Below, piece by piece: positions 28,871-39,568 of a stretch of 64,000 nucleotides of DNA; position 1 is the first letter of the stretch, and each line of letters opens with the position of its first letter. A program made the position numbers and the translations under genes. Source of the DNA: Gemmatimonadales bacterium (lineage in GTDB: Bacteria > Gemmatimonadota > Gemmatimonadetes > Gemmatimonadales > GWC2-71-9); assembly GCA_965249575.1 (NCBI GenBank), contig OZ252244.1, positions 768,001 through 832,000 of the forward strand, given 5' to 3'. The notes below the pieces were generated by a model, which worked only from the letters and a program-made list of their open reading frames with translations, was not told the origin of the DNA and did no database searches.

Positions 28871-28970
28871 TCCGCGAGCGCTCCTTGAACGGTGTCGAAT
28901 AAGTAGGGCATACCGTCTTCGCTGAAGGTGACCGTTCCCCACCGCCAACCGGCCGGCGGGGTCGAGTCAG

Positions 28971-29360
28971 CTACTTCAGCTCAACGGTCGCACCCTGTTC
29001 TTCGAGCTTGTTCTTGATGGTCTCCGCTTCCTCTTTCGAGATGCTCTCCTTGACGCTCGCCGGCGCGCCGTCGACGAGATCCTTGGCTTCCTTGAGGCCG
29101 AGCGACGTGACTTCGCGGACGGCCTTGATCACCTGGATCTTCTTCGCGCCGGCCTCTTTCAGCACGACGGTGAACTCGGTCTTCTCCTCGGCCGCCGCCG
29201 CCTCTCCGTCTCCCGCCGCCGGTGCCGCGGCGACCGGGGCCGCGGCGATCGTGACGTTGAACTTCTCCTTGAACGCGTCGATCAGCTCGGCCAGTTCCAG
29301 CACCGACATGCTACCGATCGCGTCGAGGATATCGTCCTTGCTCAAAGTCGTAGTAGCCAT
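28971..29360 (-). CDS. rplL: 50S ribosomal protein L7/L12
   Basis: EEKTEFTV and [11 protein letters not shown]. Confidence 0.98.
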   Translation of the reverse strand: MATTTLSKDDILDAIGSMSVLELAELIDAFKEKFNVTIAAAPVAAAPAAGDGEAAAAEEKTEFTVVLKEAGAKKIQVIKAVREVTSLGLKEAKDLVDGAPASVKESISKEEAETIKNKLEEQGATVELK

Positions 29361-29384
29361 ACTCTGTCTCTCTCTCGAACCTGG

Positions 29385-29909
29385 TTATGCAGCGTTGCCG
29401 CGCTGCACGCGGAGCGCCTCCAAGGCGCCCAGCATGGTATTGAAGAGCCCGTTCACGACGCCGGCGAATCCCTGAAGCGGCGCCTGAAGGACTCCTCCCA
29501 ACTGGCTCAGCAGCTGGTCGCGCGAGGGGAGAGCGGCCAATTGCTTGACCTCTCGAGGGCCGACGCGCCGGCCCTCGACGAGCCCGGCCCGGACGGCCGG
29601 CCCCTCGTACTCCCGGTGGAAATCGTGCAGGATCTTCGCGGCGGCCAAAGGATCGTCTTCCGCAAACACGAGCCCCGTCGGGCCAACGACATCCGCACTC
29701 AACTCGCTGATCGCCGCCGCCTGCAGCGCCCGAAGGGCGAGGGTGTTCTTCACTACGACGAACTCCATGCCGCTCGACCGAAGCTGCCGACGGAGTTCCG
29801 TCATGTCTTTCACCTTGAGACCAGTGAAGTCCGCCACGTACACGGCGGGCGCACCGGCGAGCCGCTCGGACAGCCGCTCGACGATGTCCGCCTTGTCCGA
29901 ACGGTTCAT
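29385..29909 (-). CDS. rplJ: 50S ribosomal protein L10
   Basis: VVKNTL and [11 protein letters not shown]. Confidence 0.96.
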   Translation of the reverse strand: MNRSDKADIVERLSERLAGAPAVYVADFTGLKVKDMTELRRQLRSSGMEFVVVKNTLALRALQAAAISELSADVVGPTGLVFAEDDPLAAAKILHDFHREYEGPAVRAGLVEGRRVGPREVKQLAALPSRDQLLSQLGGVLQAPLQGFAGVVNGLFNTMLGALEALRVQRGNAA

Positions 29910-30592
29910 CGATACACCGCCGTGTCGACCGGCACTCCCGGCCCCATGGTACTGGAGACCGTCACCGACTTGAGATACGTCCCTTTTGCCGCGGACGGTT
30001 TGGCCCGGACGATTGCGTCGACGAACGCGGTCAGATTCTCCTCCAGCTTCTCGGCACTGAACGACACCTTCCCGACCGGAGCGTGCACATTGCCGGTCTT
30101 GTCAACCCGAAACTCGATCTTGCCCGCTTTGACGTCCTGCACTGCGCGAGCCACGTCATTCGTGACGGTCCCAGACTTGGGATTCGGCATGAGACCCCGC
30201 GGACCGAGAATCCGTCCCAGCTGGCCAACCTGACCCATCTGGTCCGGCGTGGCGATCACCACATCACAGTCGAGCCATCCATCTTTGATCTTTTGGATGT
30301 ACTCCGGGCCGACGAAGTCGGCGCCGGCGGTCTCGGCTTCACGAGCCTTGTCGCCCTGCGCGAGCACCACCACGCGAATCGTCTTACCAGTGCCATGCGG
30401 CAACACCACGGTCCCCCGAACGATCTGATCGGCGTGCCGCGGATCGACCCCGAGCCGGACCGCGACTTCCACACTCTCATCGAACTTCGCGAACGCGACT
30501 TCCTTCACACGATCGACTGCCCCCCGGGGCGAGTGTGCGTGCGCTCGGTCGACTGTCGCCGCGGCCGCCTGGTACTTACGACCGACCGCCAT
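29906..30592 (-). CDS. rplA: 50S ribosomal protein L1
   Basis: [15 protein letters not shown] and SSTMGPG. Confidence 0.98.
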   Translation of the reverse strand: MAVGRKYQAAAATVDRAHAHSPRGAVDRVKEVAFAKFDESVEVAVRLGVDPRHADQIVRGTVVLPHGTGKTIRVVVLAQGDKAREAETAGADFVGPEYIQKIKDGWLDCDVVIATPDQMGQVGQLGRILGPRGLMPNPKSGTVTNDVARAVQDVKAGKIEFRVDKTGNVHAPVGKVSFSAEKLEENLTAFVDAIVRAKPSAAKGTYLKSVTVSSTMGPGVPVDTAVYR

Positions 30593-31029
30593 CAGTCCTC
30601 GACCTCGATGCCCATCGATCGGGCCGTCCCAGCGATCGTCTTCATCGCGGAGTCGACGTTCGCCGCGTTCAAATCGGGCATCTTCGTTTCCGCGATCTTC
30701 TTGACCTGTGCGGTGGTGACCTTCCCGACCTTCAAGCGGTTCGAGGTCGCCGAGCCCTTCTCGATACCCGCCTCCTTCCGTAGCAGCACCGCCGCAGGCG
30801 GGGTCTTGGTGATAAAGGAAAACGTGCGGTCGTGATAAATGGTGATCTCGACCGGCACTATCATGCCCGCCTGCGACTGAGTCCTGGCGTTGTACTGCTT
30901 GCAGAAGTCCATGATGTTGACACCATGGGGGCCCAGGGCGGTGCCGACTGGGGGGGCTGGATTTGCTGCCCCAGCTGGGACCTGCAGCTTCACGAAGCCG
31001 ATTACTCGCTTACCGGCAACCTTCGCCAT
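30592..31029 (-). CDS. rplK: 50S ribosomal protein L11
   Basis: [12 protein letters not shown] and GTARSMG. Confidence 0.98.
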   Translation of the reverse strand: MAKVAGKRVIGFVKLQVPAGAANPAPPVGTALGPHGVNIMDFCKQYNARTQSQAGMIVPVEITIYHDRTFSFITKTPPAAVLLRKEAGIEKGSATSNRLKVGKVTTAQVKKIAETKMPDLNAANVDSAMKTIAGTARSMGIEVED

Positions 31030-31037
31030 GGCCTTCC

Positions 31038-31088
31038 TCTCTCACGCCGGGTGACCGGCTCCCACATTACCCCGTGGTCGGGGAAGCA
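31038..31088 (-). promoter_or_regulatory. Possible L1-binding leader upstream of rplK
   Basis: mRNA-sense GTGGGAG-CCGG-tcac-CCGG-CGTGAGA resembles the 23S L1 site; no closing stem is evident. Confidence 0.3.
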
Positions 31089-31090
31089 GC

Positions 31091-31648
31091 TCAGTGTGCT
31101 TTGAGCTGCAGGTAGTCCAACTCGACGGTCGTCGGCCGTCCAAACAAACTCACACTCACCCGTACTTTGCCCTTGTCGGGTAAGACCTCTTCCACCGTGC
31201 CACTGAAGTCGGAGAACGGCCCCTCGCTGATCTCGACGACCTGACCAACCAGAAAGGGAATCTCCTCTCTCGGCTTCTCCTCTTGGACCACCGCTTCGAC
31301 TCCGAGAAGCCGATTGACTTCTTCCTGACGGAGTGCCTGAGGCACCCAGCCCTGCCCCACAAACTTGATCACGCCCTGGATTCCATTGATCGTGTGGAGT
31401 GTCTCCTGATTCATGACCATCTCCACCAAAACGTACCCCGGAAACCGCTTGCGCTCGACGTTGACCTTCTTGCCATTCTTGATCTCGACCACTTCCTCGA
31501 TCGGCACCAGGGCCTGGCGGATCAGCTTCTGCTCCTCCGGCTGGGAATCGGCCACGATCCTCCGCTCGATCAGCGAGCGAACCTTGTTCTCGTGCCCGGC
31601 CGTCGTCTGGATGGCATACCACCGGTGTTCCATCGCCGCCCCGATCAT
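31091..31648 (-). CDS. nusG: Transcription elongation factor NusG
   Basis: WYAIQT..GHENKV, FPGYVLVEM, KOW GPFSDFSG and FGRPT. Start at 31648 (ATGA overlap with secE) or 31633. Confidence 0.97.
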   Translation of the reverse strand: MIGAAMEHRWYAIQTTAGHENKVRSLIERRIVADSQPEEQKLIRQALVPIEEVVEIKNGKKVNVERKRFPGYVLVEMVMNQETLHTINGIQGVIKFVGQGWVPQALRQEEVNRLLGVEAVVQEEKPREEIPFLVGQVVEISEGPFSDFSGTVEEVLPDKGKVRVSVSLFGRPTTVELDYLQLKAH

Positions 31649-31926
31649 GCGAAGGCGCGTCCAAGAAAGTCGATCAATAGCTTCGAGAACGCCCAGTCCA
31701 TGATCCCGATGATGATGCCAAGGACGATCACGAAAATGAGCACCACGACCGTCGACTGCCGCAGCTCGTCCCACCCCGGCCACGTGACTTTCCGCAGCTC
31801 GGTGCGCACTTCCTGCATGTATGCCGCCGACCGCGCGGCGAGCACCACGAGGGGCTCCCGCCACCAAACGGCGGCGCCGATACTGGTCAGCGCGATCCCC
31901 GCCCCAAGAGCCAGCCAAATATTCAC
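31645..31926 (-). CDS. secE: Preprotein translocase SecE (two predicted TM segments)
   Basis: ELRKVTWP motif followed by a TM helix, plus an extra N-terminal hydrophobic stretch. Confidence 0.94.
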   Translation of the reverse strand: MNIWLALGAGIALTSIGAAVWWREPLVVLAARSAAYMQEVRTELRKVTWPGWDELRQSTVVVLIFVIVLGIIIGIMDWAFSKLLIDFLGRAFA

Positions 31927-31928
31927 GC

Positions 31929-32081
31929 CTACTTGGATTCCTTGTGCATCTTATGCCCCCCACACCGCGGGCAGAACTTTTTCCACTCGGCCCGTTCAGG
32001 GTGCTTCCGTTTGTTCTTCGTCGTGAAGTAGTTCCGGCTCTTGCAGGCCGTGCACTCCATAATGACCTTGTCGCGCGGCAT
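31929..32081 (-). CDS. rpmG: 50S ribosomal protein L33, zinc-binding form
   Basis: Below the ORF-track cutoff. Manual translation: MPRDKVIMECTACKSRNYFTTKNKRKHPERAEWKKFCPRCGGHKMHKESK. Confidence 0.96.
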   Translation of the reverse strand: MPRDKVIMECTACKSRNYFTTKNKRKHPERAEWKKFCPRCGGHKMHKESK

Positions 32082-32111
32082 AGCTCCCTATCTCGCCCCT
32101 GCCGTTCGGCC

Positions 32112-33319
<1,208 letters not shown>

Positions 33320-33392
33320 AGAGGGGTTGTTTGTTCTCGACCGATGCGATGTCCCGGCAAACCACTGGAGAATCACTCACGAGTCCGACGAA

Positions 33393-33465
<73 letters not shown>

Positions 33466-33469
33466 GACA

Positions 33470-33542
33470 AGCGGGCGACGGGACTCGAACCCGCGACCCT
33501 CAGCTTGGAAGGCTGATGCTCTACCAACTGAGCTACACCCGC
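33470..33542 (-). tRNA. tRNA-Gly(TCC)
   Basis: Starts GCGGGTG; anticodon arm TCAGC-CTTCCAA-GCTGA; GGTTCGAG. Confidence 0.96.
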
Positions 33543-33592
33543 GGAGCCAAGCCTCCACTCACGCACCAACGCAGGTCCCGCGCGGCGTGCAG

Positions 33593-33675
33593 TGGTGGGG
33601 GAAGGATTCGAACCTTCGTAGGCTGACGCCGGCAGATTTACAGTCTGCTCCCTTTAGCCACTCGGGCACCCCACC
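33593..33675 (-). tRNA. tRNA-Tyr(GTA)
   Basis: Starts GGTGGGG; anticodon arm GCAGA-CTGTAAA-TCTGC; long variable arm. Confidence 0.96.
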
Positions 33676-33771
33676 ATGCCCGCTGTACGCCCGCTCAACA
33701 GACCACCCCGCCGCGCGGGCGGGGTGGCGCATGTGAACTCTGGGTCGACCCGCTCCTTGAAGCCCGTACCG

Positions 33772-33844
33772 AGCTGACGAAGGGACTCGAACCCTTAACC
33801 TGCTGATTACAAATCAGCCGCTCTACCAATTGAGCTACGCCAGC
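33772..33844 (-). tRNA. tRNA-Thr(TGT)
   Basis: Starts GCTGGCG; anticodon arm GCTGA-TTTGTAA-TCAGC. Completes the Thr-Tyr-Gly-Thr-tuf order. Confidence 0.96.
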
Positions 33845-33885
33845 AACAGACTGATTTGCCCTTTAGTGTTTTGCCTAAGACAAGT

Positions 33886-33915
33886 ACCATAACGACCCCG
33901 CACCCCTCAAGTCAA
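33886..33915 (-). promoter_or_regulatory. Putative sigma70 promoter of the tRNA-tuf operon
   Basis: TTGACT, 18 nt, TATGGT, about 40 nt before tRNA-Thr(TGT). Confidence 0.5.
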
Positions 33916-34041
33916 CTGTCGGCGATGGGCCGACTTGCGGGGTTTGGAGACCCCGGCCAACGGCAACCGGGAGCGACCCGTTGCGGGTCCTGGCTGGCAG
34001 GGATCGAGCCTTGATGTCTGGAGGGCCGCCGGCCGAAGATG

Positions 34042-34787
34042 CTAGAGCGTCCCCAGGATCAGGGAGTAGGCGGTAGGTGCGAAGAGCCAAGTGACGAGCC
34101 CGGAAATCGCCAGCGCGAAGAGCGGGAGCCCAACATGCCATGGCGTCCAGCCGCGACCGTCCAGGCTCCGCAGCCCATCGGCCCAGATCGCCACCGACCA
34201 AAGGGTTACGAGGTTGACCCGGCCGCTGAGGGCCCAACCAGTTCGGGGCGGGACCCTCTTTGAAGGCCAGCCACAGGAGCAGCGGACCCGTCACGAACTG
34301 CTGAGGAAGGTCGAGGACCTGACCGGGGGTCGGGGCCTCCGCGAGCGGGAAAAGGTAGGTCACGGCCAGCTCACCCACTCGTTGAACGAGCAGTGGGACC
34401 AGGCCAACGGCCACCGCCCCAATTAGGGCGCGGCGCCCCTCCTCGGCCAGCATGAGAGCCGGGGCCGCCGCCCAGATCAGCGCGAGCGCAGCGAGGAGGG
34501 GCGTGGGAGGGGGAATCACACGGTCCGCGAGAATCATCCGGACGAGCCGCGCGCGAAGAGAATCGCGATGTAGGTCGGTGAGAGTATCGCCTATAGGACT
34601 CAAGCGCCTGCTCGAGGAGAACCATCTGGCGAGGCAGCGTGGCAATACCCAGAATTGCGGCCACGAGGAGCATGAGCCCCGCGGTGCGGGTCGGACTGCC
34701 ACGGACCGACAGCCGCGCCCGCACACCCGCCGGGTCGACCAGGCTCTCACCGATAGTGACCAGTGAGTGCACCACTCCCGCGATCAC
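34042..34787 (-). pseudogene. Multi-pass membrane protein (YIP1/permease-like) with two frameshifts
   Basis: The GTG overlaps the ATPase stop. Hydrophobic coding frames join at ~34604 and ~34232 (…ATLPRQMVLLEQA / PIGDTL…PNWL / SGRVNLVTLWSVAIW…LILGTL*). Confidence 0.6.
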
Positions 34788-35701
34788 GGGGCCTCCCCTC
34801 CAGTCGCCGCCACAAGGAGATCTTCGAGCGCCCGATAGCGGATTCGGGACGCGCCGACCGCCACACGCTCCCGACGGCACTCTGCCAAAATGTGCTCCAC
34901 GGTGAGGCCCCGCCGGAGCGGTATAGCCACCCCATCCCCCGTCCTGACGGCTCCCGGGTATCGGTGAACCATCCGGTCGGCGTGGGAGAGCGCGCCCCCG
35001 TTGAGCGAGAGCTCAGCTACCCGTACCGCCAGGAGTGCGGCCATAGATATGTCGGCCACGATTCTTCCACCCACGAGAACCAGGGCACGGGTAGCACTTC
35101 GCTCGATAGTTGCCAGGTCGTGGGACGCGATGAGCACCGCCCGGCCCTCCAGCGCCAAGCGGCCGATCGCATCGCGCATATCCCGATGAACGAGCGGGTC
35201 GATTCCGCTCAACGCTTCGTCGAGCAAGAGGGCGATGGATCCCGACATCGCGCCGGCGGCGAGCGCTAGGCGCTGCACCATGCCCCTCGAGTACACCCCG
35301 ATGGATCGGCCGGCGAGGTTCTCGAGCCCACCGAGTTGAAGAGCTAGGCGGACCAGCTTCAAACGCTCCCCCGGACTCCCGGTCCGATGGCTCGCCAGGT
35401 ACCGCAGCCACTCGACGCCGGTCAGCTCCCGAGGAATGAGGGGAGGATCGGAAACGTATCCAGTCACCCGGCGCGCCCGCCTGGTGCCGGCCCGATTCCC
35501 CCCCACACGTGCCTCCCCCACCGAAGGCCGGAGCTCGCCCGCCAACACCCGCAGCAGCGTGGTTTTGCCGGCTCCGTTGGCGCCCACGATTCCAACGACC
35601 TCCCCGGCACTGATCTGAAGGGAGCAGTTGACGAGAGCGTCCAGGCGTGCCCGGCCTGATCCAAAGGCGCGTCCGAGCCCCCGACACGTGATCAGAGACA
35701 C
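34784..35701 (-). CDS. ABC transporter ATP-binding protein (ABC-2 exporter type)
   Basis: Walker A GANGAGKTT, signature YSRGM, Walker B LLLDE and SH switch; GTG at 35701 after GGAGG. Confidence 0.92.
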   Translation of the reverse strand: MSLITCRGLGRAFGSGRARLDALVNCSLQISAGEVVGIVGANGAGKTTLLRVLAGELRPSVGEARVGGNRAGTRRARRVTGYVSDPPLIPRELTGVEWLRYLASHRTGSPGERLKLVRLALQLGGLENLAGRSIGVYSRGMVQRLALAAGAMSGSIALLLDEALSGIDPLVHRDMRDAIGRLALEGRAVLIASHDLATIERSATRALVLVGGRIVADISMAALLAVRVAELSLNGGALSHADRMVHRYPGAVRTGDGVAIPLRRGLTVEHILAECRRERVAVGASRIRYRALEDLLVAATGGEAP

Positions 35702-35702
35702 G

Positions 35703-36468
35703 TCAGCCCTCCGTGTTCGTGTCGGGCGCTCGAACGACTTCCACGGCACACACGCAGACACCGACCACCAGCCAGAGCAGGAGCAGCGCGGGATCCCGCC
35801 AACCGCTCTCGGCTAGCCACCGAATCGCCCGCCAGGGAAGTGGCAGGGTGTTCGACAGAAGCACGGCCGGCGCTTGGGTCGCAGGCCAGCTTTCGAGCCC
35901 TGCGGCGATCCCCGAGGGGGGAATGCTCCCGAACCAAGCTCCCAGGAGGCCAAGGCCGCCCGCGGCGGAGGCCCCCAGGCGGGGGGTTACCGCGAGAGTC
36001 AGGGCACCGAAGCATGCGGCGTAGGTAGAGGCTACGACGGCCGTCCACGACGCCCGCCCAAGTCCTTGGGGACTGACCAATACCGCCGAGACAGCAAACG
36101 ACAGTCGGAACGATGAGGCACAGCAATCCGACCAGGCGGCCCAAGGGAGGGAGCCACCATCTCGCGCCGACCCGCCGGGCCGCACACAGCGGTCCGCCGG
36201 GCGCGAAGACACGCGAGCCCCCAATGGTGGCGAGGGTCGCGCCGATCAACACGACGATGTGTCCCATGCTCACCTGGCTCGCAGCGCCATGTCTATTTCG
36301 CTGAGCGACCAAGAGGACCAAGCTCAGTACGAGGACCACCGCGAGGCGCGGGGCGCGGTGTCTCACCACCAAGAGAATCGCCAAGACCACTTCAGCCTTG
36401 AACGCAAGCGGAAACTGCCGTGACTCTCGGGGAGTACCAGCGGGGGGCTTTACGCCCCCCGCATGCAC
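35703..36468 (-). pseudogene. ABC-2-like membrane protein with one frameshift near 36098
   Basis: The hydrophobic N-half is in ORF 35692-36546 and the C-half in ORF 35703-36224 (…NTLPLPWRA…LLLLWLVVG). Start uncertain. Confidence 0.6.
36440..36462 (-). promoter_or_regulatory. Perfect 9-bp GC hairpin just downstream of the peptide gene
   Basis: GCGGGGGGC-GTAAA-GCCCCCCGC with no U tract. Confidence 0.6.
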
Positions 36469-36491
36469 TGCCCGCCCGGCCGGCTGACGAT

Positions 36492-36713
36492 CTAGGCGAT
36501 TTCCTTGAGCCATGCGCAGAGACCGGCGCGAATCAGGTAGCACCATCCTCGGACGGCGAACGTTCGTTCACCCCAGCCACCGAAATCTTCGTTACATGTC
36601 GCGATTGCGTCGCCCACGCAGGTCGTCAGTCTGACAGCAGCGTCTGCGGGGCGGGGAGACGGCAATGCACCCAATACGGTAACCACGACCGCGATTGTTA
36701 GGATTCGTTTCAT
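36492..36713 (-). CDS. 73-aa secreted cysteine-rich peptide precursor
   Basis: AAGGAGG RBS; signal peptide MKRILTIAVVVTVLGALPSPRPADA; 48-aa mature part with C-x7-C-x17-C-x7-C. Confidence 0.8.
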   Translation of the reverse strand: MKRILTIAVVVTVLGALPSPRPADAAVRLTTCVGDAIATCNEDFGGWGERTFAVRGWCYLIRAGLCAWLKEIA

Positions 36714-36858
36714 CCGTTGCCTCCTTCGACATTCCGTGGTGGAGGCCGGGCAGGCAGCGGCCCGGACCGGACGGCGCCAACGTATCTCATAGACGCGAGG
36801 GTGCCGGACCATTCGCTCGCGGGCGTTGGCCTTTTGGCTCCGCCCAGCGCGGCCCAGA

Positions 36859-36903
36859 GGGGGTCTTGGGGGGGGGGGGGTGGGGGGGTGCTGAGGTAGG
36901 GGG
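36859..36903 (+). repeat. G-tract cluster (G5-N4-G13-N1-G7-N10-G5)
   Basis: Read directly; includes a G13 homopolymer at 36868-36880. Confidence 0.85.
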
Positions 36904-36904
36904 A

Positions 36905-38026
36905 CTAGTTCGGAATGACTACAACGCGCTGTTGGCCGGTGGTCGACACCAAAACGGCCGGAGAAACGGCGCGCGGATCCTGCTCACCGTAGACCTGCGT
37001 GAGCAGGACATGTCGCACGATCACTAAGATCGCGGCGAGCAGCGGGACCGCCACGAGCAGCCCGAGCAGGCCGAGGAGCGTGGCCATGGTCAGCACGCTC
37101 AAGATCGTGAGGACCGGTGGCACGCTGATCCGCTCCTCGAAGATGAGGGGCGCGATGACGTTGGCTTCCACGAGATGCACTCCGACACCGAGGGCAACCA
37201 CCGCAAGGAAGTGGCTCCAGCCGGTGAGGGTGAGGACCAGGAGTGCCGGGAGGGCGGTTGAGACGATGGTCCCGAAGAACGGAACAATGGCTACGAGGCC
37301 CGTGAAGACGCCGAATGCTAGGGCGTAGGGAACTCGGAGGAGCCACAGGCCGATGGCCGTGAGCGCGCCGAGAACAAACATCGCGAACAGCTGTGCCCAG
37401 ATCCACGCGCGCAGGGTGTCCGAGAGATCGGCGATCACCGTGCGGGCGACGCCCCGCGCCTTGGGCGGCACGAGAGTGATGAAGCCGGCACGGTACTGTC
37501 CTGGGTCTCGCGCGAGGAAAATCGCCATCGCCGCCACGCTGACCACCTCGACGAGAATCGTGCCACCCGCGGTCAGGTACGGAACGATCGCATCGCGCAC
37601 GAACCGCGCCGCCTCGTCGATGACCGACTCGACCAGCCCACCGCCCCTGGGACCGAGTACCGTCCGCTCGAGCAGCGGATACGTCTGAGCGAGACGCAGT
37701 AAATCCGATTCCAAGCGCTCCGCATATCCCGGGAACGACGCGACGAGATCCTGCGTCTGCCCGATGACGGGGGGCAGTATCAACCAGCCGACGACGACGA
37801 CGCCCGCGACCGTCCCGAGCACCGCCAACGTGAGAGCGAGCGGACGAGCGATCCGCACCAGGCGACCGAGGGCATCAGTCGCTGCCGACAGGTACACGGC
37901 AAGCAGCACTGCGATGAACAGGAGGAAGAACACCTGGGCGATCCTGCCCAGGAGGAATAAGAAGAGAGCGGCAACGAACAGCGCGACCAGAGTAAGAGAA
38001 ATACGCTGGCCGGCCGAGTCAGCCAT
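36905..38026 (-). CDS. AI-2E family (PerM/TqsA-like) transporter
   Basis: 373 aa, multi-TM, with IVPFFG, EANVIAPLI and GLLGLLVAVPL patterns. Confidence 0.9.
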   Translation of the reverse strand: MADSAGQRISLTLVALFVAALFLFLLGRIAQVFFLLFIAVLLAVYLSAATDALGRLVRIARPLALTLAVLGTVAGVVVVGWLILPPVIGQTQDLVASFPGYAERLESDLLRLAQTYPLLERTVLGPRGGGLVESVIDEAARFVRDAIVPYLTAGGTILVEVVSVAAMAIFLARDPGQYRAGFITLVPPKARGVARTVIADLSDTLRAWIWAQLFAMFVLGALTAIGLWLLRVPYALAFGVFTGLVAIVPFFGTIVSTALPALLVLTLTGWSHFLAVVALGVGVHLVEANVIAPLIFEERISVPPVLTILSVLTMATLLGLLGLLVAVPLLAAILVIVRHVLLTQVYGEQDPRAVSPAVLVSTTGQQRVVVIPN

Positions 38027-38802
38027 CAGCTTCCCTTGGCTCCGTCCTCGTCGTCAACGAGCTCAGCGTCGTCCGCGTCGGAGGATTCACCAGCAGGTAG
38101 CTGATGTCGTTCTCCGCCATCGCCGGGGCCCAGCAGACCCATCTTTTCCTTGAGCGCGAGAAGCTGCTGGTCTACGCCGCCCTTGTATTCCAGCCCCTCG
38201 AACTCGCGCGCCAAGTTGTCCCCCGACAGGTCCTCGGCCAACTCCGCTGCCGCCAGCGTTTTTCGTTCTTGATCGTCTATCTTTTCGGCCAAGCGTTCGA
38301 ACCCCTCGAGTGCACTCTTGTCCGACATCGACGACATGGTCTTCTGAATGCGGCTCTGCGCGTCGGCCCGGCGGGCCCGGGCGACCAGAACGTTCTTTCT
38401 CCGCTTGGCCTCTTCGATTCGGTCGTTTAGCTGCCGCAGCGCCGATTTGAGGGCTTCCGTCTCTCCTCGGTGTTTCGACCAAGTCTCGTGGACCTGATGC
38501 GCGTGCTGGAGGTGTTCGTTGTACCGCACGAGCGCCTGCTTGGCGAGGTCGTCGCGGTTGTCCTGGACCGCGAGCACGGCCCGTCGCTCCCAGTCCGCTG
38601 CCTGCTTCTGCTCGCGTTCGACTTCCGCCTGCAGCTTCTTCTCATCGGCGATCGCCGACGCCACCTCTTGTTTGGCCTTGGTGAGCTGGCTTCGCATGTC
38701 GGAGATGAGCTGGCTTAAAACCTTTTCAGGATCTTCCGCCTTGGAAATCAGGTCATTGATGTTCGACTTGAGCAACGTCGAGACGCGGTCGAGAATACCC
38801 AT
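38026..38802 (-). CDS. pspA: PspA/IM30 family protein
   Basis: MGILDRVSTLLKSNINDLISKAEDPEK, DDLAKQAL, coiled coil. Confidence 0.95.
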   Translation of the reverse strand: MGILDRVSTLLKSNINDLISKAEDPEKVLSQLISDMRSQLTKAKQEVASAIADEKKLQAEVEREQKQAADWERRAVLAVQDNRDDLAKQALVRYNEHLQHAHQVHETWSKHRGETEALKSALRQLNDRIEEAKRRKNVLVARARRADAQSRIQKTMSSMSDKSALEGFERLAEKIDDQERKTLAAAELAEDLSGDNLAREFEGLEYKGGVDQQLLALKEKMGLLGPGDGGERHQLPAGESSDADDAELVDDEDGAKGS

Positions 38803-38871
38803 GACTACCTCGTTCCTCCGGGAACTGGGTGCGGCGCCACTCGCCAGCCGATACCCACCCCGCCGATCAGA

Positions 38872-39091
38872 TTACGCGTTGAGAGCGCCAGCTGGCATGC
38901 CCGCGCCGAGCGCTCGCTCGGTAAAGTCCATTCGCTCGACGAGCTCCGTTGCCTTCACCCGCGAGCGCCTCGCGTACGGTCCCCGCCACTGAAAGAACAT
39001 CGGGCGATCACGATGCGCGCGATAGCCCCGGCCGCGGTACCCACCAGCTTTCTTTCTCCCGGGTCGCCTGCTGCGTGCGTTCCGGTATCAC
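38872..39091 (-). pseudogene. Degenerate third PspB-like gene
   Basis: 38946-38908 encodes ELVERMDFTERAL, matching the two neighbouring genes; the upstream frames are broken. Confidence 0.45.
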
Positions 39092-39166
39092 GATGTAAGA
39101 TCTATTGGTTAAGCTACTTCCGCCACCATCGGGGCCCAGTGAGACCTGAGGGGGGTCCGGGTCTCT

Positions 39167-39193
39167 TACGCTTGCGACCCGGCTGATGTTTCA
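39167..39193 (-). promoter_or_regulatory. ECF-sigma-type promoter overlapped by an inverted repeat
   Basis: TGAAAC, 17 nt, CGTA; CCGGGTC-N12-GACCCGG at 39157-39182. Confidence 0.5.
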
Positions 39194-39212
39194 ATCCTAA
39201 ACGGTGGGGCCG

Positions 39213-39500
39213 TCAGGGCTCGGCCTGACTCGAGGGTGGGAGTTGCCCCTGGTCCCTATGACGGGCCAGCAGCCGCTCCGTGAAATCCACACGCTCTTGG
39301 AGTTCCACGACATCCTGGCGCACGTGCTCGAGCTCCTCGAGCACGGTCTCGTGTGATTCCAAAACCCTGCGCAACTGGTCGTTGGACCCACCTGACTGGC
39401 TCTGGATCCTGGCGGCGATCGCCTTGCCCACTGGCGAGATAGCGAGCAGGAACATCGACCCACCGCCGAAAATGAATACGATCGCGAGAATGCCTTCCAT
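39213..39500 (-). CDS. 95-aa single-TM coiled-coil protein (PspB-like)
   Basis: MEGILAIVFIFGGG... TM, then ELQERVDFTERLLA; GGGAG RBS. Confidence 0.8.
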   Translation of the reverse strand: MEGILAIVFIFGGGSMFLLAISPVGKAIAARIQSQSGGSNDQLRRVLESHETVLEELEHVRQDVVELQERVDFTERLLARHRDQGQLPPSSQAEP

Positions 39501-39568
39501 ACTCCCGTCTCCCCGAGGCGGCGTGTTACGCCTACCGGTCGTGGGTATCCTGGCGGGACCCACACGGT

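Noticed and set aside
33703..33727. Perfect 10-bp hairpin CCACCCCGCC/GGCGGGGTGG between tRNA-Thr and tRNA-Tyr
   Set aside because: It is a single copy with no U tract, most simply a tRNA-precursor spacer structure.
33845..36900. Peptide/ABC operon as a tRNA-anchored genomic island
   Set aside because: It lies on the 5' side of the tRNA operon, with no integrase and no duplicated tRNA 3' end visible.
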